Below, piece after piece: positions 49,299-57,246 of a stretch of 64,000 nt of DNA; the first letter of the stretch is position 1; each line of letters starts with the position of its first letter. The notes under the pieces were generated by a model that was given only the letters and a program-made list of their open reading frames with translations, ran no database searches and had not been told where the DNA came from. The position numbers and the translations under genes were made by a program. Source of the stretch: Actinomycetes bacterium (GTDB taxonomy: Bacteria > Actinomycetota > Acidimicrobiia > Acidimicrobiales > Bog-793); assembly GCA_021798985.1 (NCBI GenBank), contig JAJZBI010000001.1:194444-258443 (forward strand), written 5' to 3'.

Positions 49299-50531
49299 AT
49301 GCCCCCGAACCGCCCCGCTCGCCGTCGCGGGACCACCCCGGCGCTGGGCGCGGCCGCCCTGGTCGTCGCAGGACTGGCTCCGCTCGCCGCACGTACCGCT
49401 GCGCCGGCCGCCGCCTCCGTGACGGCCGCACCCGAGCGGCTCGTGGCTCGAGCCGCACCGGTCAAGGCCGCACTGAGCAGCGCTCGCTTCGCCACGACAG
49501 GAGGCCGGCTCGTCGTCCGCCTGAGCGGTATCCCAGCGCTCAGCACGTGCGCGTTCAGCTCGGGGGCGGGCGTCGTGCGCTACGGCGGCAGCTTCGCGTG
49601 TGCCGGAAGGTTCGTGCACGTTGGAATCGTGCGCCCCAACTCCGCCGGCAGGGCGCACCGCTGGACGGTTCGTGCCTCGGTTACCACGCGCGGCCGGCTC
49701 CGTCGCTTCGCCTGGGTGATCTCCGTCGCCGCCCGTCCTGTGCCGAGCACGTCGACGACCAGCCCCGCGACCTCCACGTCTCCGACCACGACCCCCCCAC
49801 CGCCACCGCCACCGCCACCGCCACCGCCACCGCCACCGAGCAGCGTCCCGCCCAGCTCGCCCGTTCCGAGCTCGCCAGCGCCGGGCTCGCCAGCGCCGGG
49901 CTCCCTCTCCTCGAACTGGGCGGGCTACTCCTTGCAGGGCAGCGCAGGATCGGTCAGTGAGGTCGGCGCGAGCTTCACCGTGCCGACCCTGAACTGTGCC
50001 GCCACCCCCCAGGGCCAAGACGCCGAATGGGTCGGCGTCGACGGCACCTCGGGGGACAGCCTGTTCCAGGCCGGCGTCGCGTCGAGCTGCGCAAGCGGGA
50101 TCCAGCAGAGCACCGCCTGGTACGAGGACATCCAGGGCAATCCCCCCGATCCCGCACAGGAGCTCTTCACGGTCAGCCCCGGCGACCTCATCACCGCACA
50201 GGTCCAAGAGATCTCTCCGGGCTCGTGGCAATACGCCGTGAGCGACGTGACGAGCGGGCAGAGCTCGAGCGCATCGATGCCCTTCGACGGGCCGGCTGCG
50301 GCGGCGGACTGGATCGAGGAGGACCCCGCCACCGAAACCTCGGGCGGAAGCATTCACTTGCTGCCCTATGCCGATTTCGGTGGCGTGAGCTTCACCAACC
50401 TGTCGCTGAACGGACAGGCACCCAGCCTCGACCTCGGTGCCGACGGCATCTCGCTCGTCCAGTCGGGTCAGCTCCTCGCGCTTCCCTCGCCACCGTCGGG
50501 GGATGGCTTCGGGGTAACCTATCAAGGCTAG
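49299..50531 (+). CDS. Secreted G1 glutamic endopeptidase with Pro/Thr linker
   Basis: Signal peptide; SSNWAGY, WVGVDG, LFQAG, AWYE, ADWIEEDP. Confidence 0.85.
   Translation: MPPNRPARRRGTTPALGAAALVVAGLAPLAARTAAPAAASVTAAPERLVARAAPVKAALSSARFATTGGRLVVRLSGIPALSTCAFSSGAGVVRYGGSFACAGRFVHVGIVRPNSAGRAHRWTVRASVTTRGRLRRFAWVISVAARPVPSTSTTSPATSTSPTTTPPPPPPPPPPPPPPPSSVPPSSPVPSSPAPGSPAPGSLSSNWAGYSLQGSAGSVSEVGASFTVPTLNCAATPQGQDAEWVGVDGTSGDSLFQAGVASSCASGIQQSTAWYEDIQGNPPDPAQELFTVSPGDLITAQVQEISPGSWQYAVSDVTSGQSSSASMPFDGPAAAADWIEEDPATETSGGSIHLLPYADFGGVSFTNLSLNGQAPSLDLGADGISLVQSGQLLALPSPPSGDGFGVTYQG
49794..49838 (+). repeat. (CCGCCA)n coding microsatellite (poly-Pro)
   Basis: Tandem CCACCG units encoding a 15-Pro run in the peptidase linker. 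Confidence 0.85.
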
Positions 50532-51553
50532 GAGCGGGACCGCACCGCCGTTTTTGCACTGAAGAACGCCGACATCGGCGTCGCGCTGGTGGCGTGACCC
50601 AGCAGCGGTAGGCCGAACGCGTCCTCGATGGTGGCCAGCAAGGAGTAGTGGTTGTAGGCCACGCCGACGCGCAAGCCGCGGCGGAGGCCCGGTGCGATCA
50701 CAAGCATCATCACCTGACCACCACCGCCCGAGCTGACCACCCTTCCGGGTGGCACCACGGCGGCATTGCTGCCTTCGGACTCGTCCCAGGTGACGAAGAG
50801 GACGCCGCCGTCCTTCCAGGCGGCGCTCGTGGTGACCTCGCCCACAAAGCGCGTGAGCCAGGCCGCGGCGGTCGACGGCGGGCAATCGTGCCCGTCGTTG
50901 CAAAGGTTCGGGGTGAACCACACCACGCGCGGCACCCCGGCCGCTGGGCCCTTGAGTAGGGGACCGAGGCGGGCCGCCGGCTGCAGGAGGCGACAGAGCT
51001 TCCGGCTCGTCCGGATATCCACGAAGTAGCGGAAGGGGTTGTGCTTGCCCGCGTAGTTGCCGCCCGCATAGGGAGCAAGGTCGCAGGCCGATGGGAGCCC
51101 CTCGAAGTAGGCGCCCACCGGGATCTTGCGCGTCACCAGCTGGCTCAACAGGTTCGGTGCCTTCACGTAGCAGTCGGTGCAATCGCTCGAGATCCCAAAG
51201 GTCGAGCCGCCCGTCACGGCTAGGTAGTTCGGCAGGCTCGGGTGGGACGCGGCGTAGTAGTCGGTCGCGAGCGCGTAGCGCTTCGCCAACGCCGCGAGGC
51301 CCGGCGTCGACATCGCCCCCGCATAGCTCAGGTTCTCCATCATCACGACAAAGACATGGCGGAACGCCGGAACACCGGCGCGACCGACCGAGCCGGCAGG
51401 CCGGCCTGCGCGGGCGCTGGCCGATCCGCTCGCGCGGCTGGCCAGCGACGCGCTGGCTCCAGCGGCGATGCCGAGCCCGAGCGTGACGCTCACGACGACA
51501 GACCCGACACGAGCCCGCAGGCGCCGAGGGGGATGGACGCTCATCACGCCCAT
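50528..51553 (-). CDS. Secreted phosphoesterase / acid phosphatase
   Basis: HVFVVMMEN, HPSLPNY, KHNPF, PNLCNDGHD, VTWDE, NHYSLLATIED. Confidence 0.88.
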   Translation of the reverse strand: MGVMSVHPPRRLRARVGSVVVSVTLGLGIAAGASASLASRASGSASARAGRPAGSVGRAGVPAFRHVFVVMMENLSYAGAMSTPGLAALAKRYALATDYYAASHPSLPNYLAVTGGSTFGISSDCTDCYVKAPNLLSQLVTRKIPVGAYFEGLPSACDLAPYAGGNYAGKHNPFRYFVDIRTSRKLCRLLQPAARLGPLLKGPAAGVPRVVWFTPNLCNDGHDCPPSTAAAWLTRFVGEVTTSAAWKDGGVLFVTWDESEGSNAAVVPPGRVVSSGGGGQVMMLVIAPGLRRGLRVGVAYNHYSLLATIEDAFGLPLLGHATSATPMSAFFSAKTAVRSRS

Positions 51554-51554
51554 G

Positions 51555-52610
51555 CTAGGGACGCCCGTCGCCCCCGCCCTGCAGCCGCGACGGACCGTCG
51601 CGAACGATCCGCTCGTAGAGCGACAGGTGTTCGGCCACCATGCGCTCGGTGGAAAAGCGCAACCGCGCCGACAGCCGGCACGCGCCCCGGTCGAGCCCGC
51701 CGCTCGCCATGACGGCAGCGGCCAGCTCGGTGACGTCGCCGGCGAGATAGCCGGTCCGGCCCTGCTCGACGATCTCGGAGGCCGCGCCCGCATCGCTCGC
51801 GACCACGGGCGTGCCACAGGCCAGCGACTCGATCATCACCATGCCGAACGGCTCGTTCCAGCGGATGGGGTTGATGAGGCAACGCGCCGCGCCAAGCAGC
51901 GCCACCTTGTCGCGCCAGGCGACCTCGCCGATGAAGTCCACCGCGGGCCCGAGCCGCGGCCGGATCCTGTCCGCGAAATAGGCGCGCTCGTCCACCTCGG
52001 TGCACTTGCCGGCGATGACGAGCGGGATCCCCGCCAGCTGCGCCGCGTCGATGGCGAGGTCCACCCCCTTGTCAGGGTGCATCCTTCCTAGGAACACGGC
52101 GTAGTCCCCCCCGGCGCCCACGGGAAAGGCGGCGACGTCGATGCCGTGGTGGATGACCGCGGCGATGCGGGTGCGCTTGGCGCTCGCCGCCTGGGCCGCC
52201 GAGATGGCGATCACACCCACGCGCTCGTCGACGCCCGACAGGACATCGTCGAGCCCGCGGTCAAAGGGGTGGTGGTTCGTGGCCACGACGGGAGCGCTGC
52301 CTCGGCGGGGGCCCGCGAGCGGCCCGAGCAGCGTGTGGTCGTGGATCACGTCGAGATCGGCGAGCGCGTGGTAGGCGGCGCTGACATGGCGAAGCTCGAC
52401 GAGCGCCGCCTCGTCGGGCCAGATCCCGAGCGCCGCGGGATACAGGCTGGAACGCTCGACGGGGCAGGTGCTGTCACCGCTCGCGAACAAGCGCACCTCG
52501 TGGCCGCGGGCGACGAGACCGCGGGCGAGGTGGTCGATCACCACCTCGGTGCCCCCGTAGCCCGGTGGCGGCACGGCCACCCACGGCGGTGCGACCAGAC
52601 CGATGCGCAT
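51555..52610 (-). CDS. GT4 glycosyltransferase
   Basis: PPPGYGGTE, HDH, FLGRMHPDKG, EPFGMVMIESLACGTPV. Confidence 0.92.
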   Translation of the reverse strand: MRIGLVAPPWVAVPPPGYGGTEVVIDHLARGLVARGHEVRLFASGDSTCPVERSSLYPAALGIWPDEAALVELRHVSAAYHALADLDVIHDHTLLGPLAGPRRGSAPVVATNHHPFDRGLDDVLSGVDERVGVIAISAAQAASAKRTRIAAVIHHGIDVAAFPVGAGGDYAVFLGRMHPDKGVDLAIDAAQLAGIPLVIAGKCTEVDERAYFADRIRPRLGPAVDFIGEVAWRDKVALLGAARCLINPIRWNEPFGMVMIESLACGTPVVASDAGAASEIVEQGRTGYLAGDVTELAAAVMASGGLDRGACRLSARLRFSTERMVAEHLSLYERIVRDGPSRLQGGGDGRP

Positions 52611-52618
52611 GTCGAGCC

Positions 52619-53236
52619 TCAGCGGTACGTGAAGGTCACGGCGTTGGAGACGCCGCCCGCTGTGTGCAACCGCACCCTCACGGCAGCGCCGGCGTGTGCT
52701 GCCGGCGCGGTGGCCAAGCATCGGCTCACGCTGGGACAAGTCGTCGGCGCCGGCACGGCGCCAAAGTAGACGAGCACGTGGCCGTTCGCGCTCATGAACC
52801 CGGTGCCCTGCAGGGTCACCCGGGTACCAGGCGGCCCCGAGGCCGGACGCAGACTCGCCACGCGAGGCGCACCGGGGGCGCCAGATCCGGCGGCGGTGCT
52901 GCTGCTGCTGGTGGTGGTGGTGCTGCTCGCCGACGGGCGGCGCGCGACCGTGGTCGACGGCCCCGATATCACCGCCGCGGCGCCCACGCGCGTCCCCTGG
53001 TTGCGCAGCCGGGCAAACGCGCTCGGTCGCAGCTTCTCGAGCACGAGACCGGTGAGCGCGAGCACGAACAGCACGCTGAGGGCCACCACCGTGGACCGGA
53101 GCCAGCCCGGCGCGGCCGGTGCCCGGCGCAGCGGCGGGTACCCCGCGCCCGCCAAGAACGAGTCGGCACGGCGCGGCGGCACGGCGATCTCGGCCGTCGG
53201 CTCCCCATCTGGGTCGAACGGCGGGCGACGGGCCAT
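52619..53236 (-). CDS. Membrane-anchored IPT/TIG domain protein
   Basis: One TM, Ser/Thr linker, PASGPPGTRVTLQGTGF...SNAVTFTY. Confidence 0.75.
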   Translation of the reverse strand: MARRPPFDPDGEPTAEIAVPPRRADSFLAGAGYPPLRRAPAAPGWLRSTVVALSVLFVLALTGLVLEKLRPSAFARLRNQGTRVGAAAVISGPSTTVARRPSASSTTTTSSSSTAAGSGAPGAPRVASLRPASGPPGTRVTLQGTGFMSANGHVLVYFGAVPAPTTCPSVSRCLATAPAAHAGAAVRVRLHTAGGVSNAVTFTYR

Positions 53237-53300
53237 CGTGCTCAGTCTGTCGGCCGCCGGTGCCCGCCCGGACGCGCACGACGCCTATGGTGGCCCGCCG

Positions 53301-54437
53301 ATGCCGACCGAGACGAGCTGGCGTGCCGTCGCCGCCGCGGTGTGCACCGTGGGACTCGCCGCAGGTCTTGGCCTGGCCCCGCGCCCGCCTCGAGCGGGGC
53401 AACCGAGCTGCCAGACGCTGTCGGGCTGGAGCGTCCGCCGGCTCGCCGAGCAGACCCTCGTCATCCCCGTCCAAGAGCGCGATGTCCACGCGATCCGCCC
53501 CGAGGTCGCAGCGGGAGCCGGCGGCGTCATCCTCTTCGGCGCACGCGCGCCCGCGGACCTCGCGCACCAGCTCGCACAGCTCGGCGCCGCCGCGCCTGGG
53601 CGGATCCGGCCGCTCGTGATGGCCGACGAAGAAGGTGGAGCCGCGCAGCGGCTGGCCAACCTGGTCGGCCAAGTCCCCGCCGCTCGGACCCTCGGCGCCG
53701 AGGACACGCCCGTCATGATCCGCCGCGTCGCCACCTCACTCGGCCGAGCGCTCCGTGCCGCCGGGGTGACGATGGACCTGGCACCGGTCGCGGACGTGGA
53801 CGGCGGTGTCGGCCCGAACAACCGCGATCCCGACGGGACGCGGTCATTCAGCGCGGACCCCACCCGAGCGAGCGCCGACGTCGTCGCCTTCTTGAAGGGC
53901 CTCGCTGCCGGGGGCGAGATCGCGGTCGTCAAGCACTTCCCGGGCCTCGGTGGAGCCAGCGGCAACACCGACGTCATGGCGGCCCGCACCCTCTCGTGGC
54001 CAGTCGAGCAGCGCGTCGGCCTGCCGCCGTTCGCTGCGGCGATCGCCGCCCACGTGCCGGCGGTGATGGTGAGTAACGCGACGGTCCCCGGGCTGAGCAC
54101 CCTGCCGGCGAGCCTCTCACCGAGGGTGGTCGAAGCGGTCTTGCGTGGCCGGCTCGGCTTCCACGGCCTCGTCCTCACCGACTCGCTCTCGGCCGTCGCA
54201 ATCAAGGCCGCCGGCTTCAGCGTCCCCGAGGCGGCGGTGGCCGCCCTCCGGGCGGGCGAGGATCTGGTCCTCTACAACCCTCCGTCAGGGTCGCTCGCCG
54301 CATTGACCGCTGCGATCCGCACCGCCATCACCCGCGCGGTCGCCGCTGGCTCGCTCAGCCGCTCGCGGCTCGAGGCCGCGGTCGCTCACGTCCTTTCGGC
54401 GAAGGCCATCCCGGTCTGTGGCACGGGCGTCGGGTAG
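53301..54437 (+). CDS. GH3 beta-N-acetylhexosaminidase (NagZ-like, secreted)
   Basis: DEEGG, APVADV, RSF, KHFPGLG, VMVS, LTDSL. Confidence 0.88.
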   Translation: MPTETSWRAVAAAVCTVGLAAGLGLAPRPPRAGQPSCQTLSGWSVRRLAEQTLVIPVQERDVHAIRPEVAAGAGGVILFGARAPADLAHQLAQLGAAAPGRIRPLVMADEEGGAAQRLANLVGQVPAARTLGAEDTPVMIRRVATSLGRALRAAGVTMDLAPVADVDGGVGPNNRDPDGTRSFSADPTRASADVVAFLKGLAAGGEIAVVKHFPGLGGASGNTDVMAARTLSWPVEQRVGLPPFAAAIAAHVPAVMVSNATVPGLSTLPASLSPRVVEAVLRGRLGFHGLVLTDSLSAVAIKAAGFSVPEAAVAALRAGEDLVLYNPPSGSLAALTAAIRTAITRAVAAGSLSRSRLEAAVAHVLSAKAIPVCGTGVG

Positions 54438-55801
54438 TCGCCCGTCAGGCACGCCGAGCAGAACCCCGTTCCCGGAGCCGCGATGGCGGCGAGCAGACCG
54501 GGGAGGCTCAGGTAGCCGAGCGAGTCCGCACCGAGATGCGCCGTCATCGCTTCGAGGTCCATCTTCGCGGCGAGCAGCTCGTCTCGGACCGGCGTGTCGA
54601 TGCCGTAGAAGCAGGGCCAGCGGAAGGGGGGCGAAGAGACGCGCAGATGGACCTCGGCGGCACCCGCCTCGCGCAACAGCCGGATGATCTGCCTGGTCGT
54701 CGTCCCGCGGACGACCGAGTCGTCGACGACGACGAGGCGGCGACCGGCGATCGTCTCGCGCAGGGGATTGAGCTTGCGCCGCACGGCGGCGACGCGATCG
54801 GCCTGGGTCGGCGCAATGAAGCTCCGTCCGATGTAGCGGTTCTTCACCAGCCCCTGGCCAAAGGGGATGCCACTTCCGGCAGCGAAGCCCTCGGCGGCCG
54901 GCACACCCGAGTCCGGCACCCCGATGACGAGGTCGGCCTCCACGGGGATCTCCTTGGCGAGCTGTTCACCCATGCGGTGGCGAGCCGAGTGCACCTCGCG
55001 CCCATACAGACGGGCGTCGGGCCGGGCGAAGTAGACGAACTCAAAGACGCACAGATGGGCGTCGATCCGCTCGGCCGGGAAGGGCCAGACCGAGCGCGGC
55101 CCATGCTCGTCGATCACCACCATCTCGCCCGGCGCGATCTCGCGCACGAACTCGGCAGCGACGATGTCGAGCGCCGGGCTCTCCGAGGCGACGACCCAGC
55201 CGCCCACACCGTCGCCGTCGCCAGCAGCGACACGACCCAGGCACAGCGGCCGGAAGCCATTGGGGTCACGCACCGCCACCAGTTGGCGCTCGTCCATCAA
55301 GGTCAAGGAGAAGGCCCCTTCGAGGCGGGGCAGGACGCTACAAAGTGCCTGCTCGAAGGCGTCCGCCTCCCCGGCGAGGAAGGACTGGGAGATGAGCTCG
55401 GCGATCAGGTCCGAATCCGAGCTCATCACCCCAGGGAGCATGCCGGCCTCGGACTCGAGCATGGCCACGTTGCTCAGGTTGCCGTTGTGGCCGAGGGCGA
55501 AGCCCGCCCGTCCCTCGGAGCGGTACACCGGCTGGGCGCTGTGCCAGGTGCTCGGCCCGGTCGTGGAGTAGCGGACGTGGCCGATGCCGAGGTGCCCTTC
55601 GAGGCAGGACAGATTCCGGGCGTCGAAGACCGAGGTGACGAGACCCATGTCCTTGACCACCGTGATGGTCTCGCCATCGCTCACGGCGATCCCTGCGGAC
55701 TCCTGACCCCGGTGCTGCAGGGCGAAGATGCCGTCGAAGACCAGGGGGGCGACCGACCGAGCAGGCGCGTAGATCCCAAAGACGCCGCACGCCTCCCTCA
55801 C
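54386..55801 (-). CDS. purF: Amidophosphoribosyltransferase
   Basis: CGVFG, LQHRGQESAG, GHVRYST, HNGN, VDDSVVRGTT, PCFYGID. Confidence 0.97.
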   Translation of the reverse strand: MREACGVFGIYAPARSVAPLVFDGIFALQHRGQESAGIAVSDGETITVVKDMGLVTSVFDARNLSCLEGHLGIGHVRYSTTGPSTWHSAQPVYRSEGRAGFALGHNGNLSNVAMLESEAGMLPGVMSSDSDLIAELISQSFLAGEADAFEQALCSVLPRLEGAFSLTLMDERQLVAVRDPNGFRPLCLGRVAAGDGDGVGGWVVASESPALDIVAAEFVREIAPGEMVVIDEHGPRSVWPFPAERIDAHLCVFEFVYFARPDARLYGREVHSARHRMGEQLAKEIPVEADLVIGVPDSGVPAAEGFAAGSGIPFGQGLVKNRYIGRSFIAPTQADRVAAVRRKLNPLRETIAGRRLVVVDDSVVRGTTTRQIIRLLREAGAAEVHLRVSSPPFRWPCFYGIDTPVRDELLAAKMDLEAMTAHLGADSLGYLSLPGLLAAIAAPGTGFCSACLTGDYPTPVPQTGMAFAERT

Positions 55802-55859
55802 CCCGCCATTGTGCCACCGATGGGCCAAGGTCCGGGCTCGCGGCACTACCGTGCGGGCC

Positions 55860-56705
55860 GTGATCGACCTCCACACCCACTCGACGTGCTCGGACGGCTC
55901 CGAATCGCCCGCCAGCGTTGTCGAGCACGCCGTTGCGAGCGGCTGCAGCGCGGTCGCGCTCACCGACCACGACAACTTGGACGGGCTCGCCGAGGCGCGG
56001 GCCAAGGCCAGGACGCTCGGCGTCCGTCTGGTCCCTGGATGCGAGGTGTCGTGCTCGACGCCGTCTGGGACCATGCACCTGTTGTGCTACTTCATCGAGG
56101 AGGGGGACGGCCCCCTCCAGCGTGAGCTGGCGGCGCTGCAGCGCGACCGGGAGCAGCGCAACGAGGTGATGGCGGAGCGCCTGTTGGCACTCGGGCTTCC
56201 GATCACCTATGGCGAGGTCCTCGCCGAGGCGGGCGGGACCGGGGTCGGGCGTCCGCACTTCGCCGCTGTGCTGGTACGCCACGGCCTCGCGAGCTCGGTG
56301 AACGATGCCTTCGAGCGCTACCTTGCCAAGGGTCGACCGGGTTATGTGCCAAAGACCCGCGTCGAGGCGCCCGAGATCATCGAGCTGTGCCGCCGCTCGG
56401 GCGGCTGCGCCGTGCTCGCGCATCCGCTCTCCCTCGAGCTCGAAGGCGACGACCTGCGCCGTCGCCTCGCCGAGCTCGCCGCGACGGGACTGACCGGCCT
56501 GGAGTGCTACTACGGCCGCTACGAGCCCGACGAGCGCCGCCGGCTCGCGAAGCTGGCGAGCGAACTCGGCCTTGTCGCAACCGGCGGCTCGGACTACCAC
56601 GGGAGCTACAAGCCCGATCTCGAGGTCGGAACCGGACGCGGCGACCTCGAGGTGCCCGAGGCGGCCCTCGCCGAACTCGACGAGCGGCGTCCGGACGCGC
56701 CCTGA
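55860..56705 (+). CDS. PHP domain phosphoesterase
   Basis: DLHTHSTCSDG, LTDHD, GRPH, LAHP, GGSDYHG. Confidence 0.92.
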   Translation: MIDLHTHSTCSDGSESPASVVEHAVASGCSAVALTDHDNLDGLAEARAKARTLGVRLVPGCEVSCSTPSGTMHLLCYFIEEGDGPLQRELAALQRDREQRNEVMAERLLALGLPITYGEVLAEAGGTGVGRPHFAAVLVRHGLASSVNDAFERYLAKGRPGYVPKTRVEAPEIIELCRRSGGCAVLAHPLSLELEGDDLRRRLAELAATGLTGLECYYGRYEPDERRRLAKLASELGLVATGGSDYHGSYKPDLEVGTGRGDLEVPEAALAELDERRPDAP

Positions 56706-56708
56706 GCG

Positions 56709-57176
56709 CTAGCGGTCCTCGGCTCGCGGTTCGAGCACCAGGTCCGCCGGCGGCTGCTCGGGCACCTTCCAGACCAAAAAGCCGTGGTTCCAGTCGTCGT
56801 GCAGGCGGTTCACCGACGCGGTCATCGTCGAGAACGCAGCCTCGAAGCCCTCCCAGTCCCCCTCGTCGATCGCGCCTCGCAAGGCGGCGAGCTCGCCATC
56901 GATGAACGCCGCCATGTCCTCGTCGTACTGGGGGCGAACGACGACACACTGCTTGAGGAGCTTGGTGCCCTCAGAGAGCTGGAACCGCGCGAGTCGCCGG
57001 TTCTGCGCCTTGGCGGCGTGGTAGCAGCGCCAGAAGCGCTCGCCGATCTCGAGCATCAATCGCGCGACACTCGGCTGCAGCCGAGCCAGCGCCTCGAGGC
57101 TCAGCTCGGTCTTGCCGTTGCTCGCAGCGTGGGTGTGGTCCCGCTCGACGCGCACCTCTGCCTGCTCATTGCTCAT
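56709..57176 (-). CDS. Hypothetical four-helix-bundle protein (cytochrome c'-like, no CxxCH)
   Basis: Amphipathic helices; C-terminal SVNRLH...HGFLVWKVPEQPP. Confidence 0.6.
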   Translation of the reverse strand: MSNEQAEVRVERDHTHAASNGKTELSLEALARLQPSVARLMLEIGERFWRCYHAAKAQNRRLARFQLSEGTKLLKQCVVVRPQYDEDMAAFIDGELAALRGAIDEGDWEGFEAAFSTMTASVNRLHDDWNHGFLVWKVPEQPPADLVLEPRAEDR

Positions 57177-57246
57177 GACCGCCCCGTTCGCTCCCGGCGA
57201 CGGCGGTGCCCGCCGCCGCCGGGCGATGGTAGCGGCGCCCTGGCCG

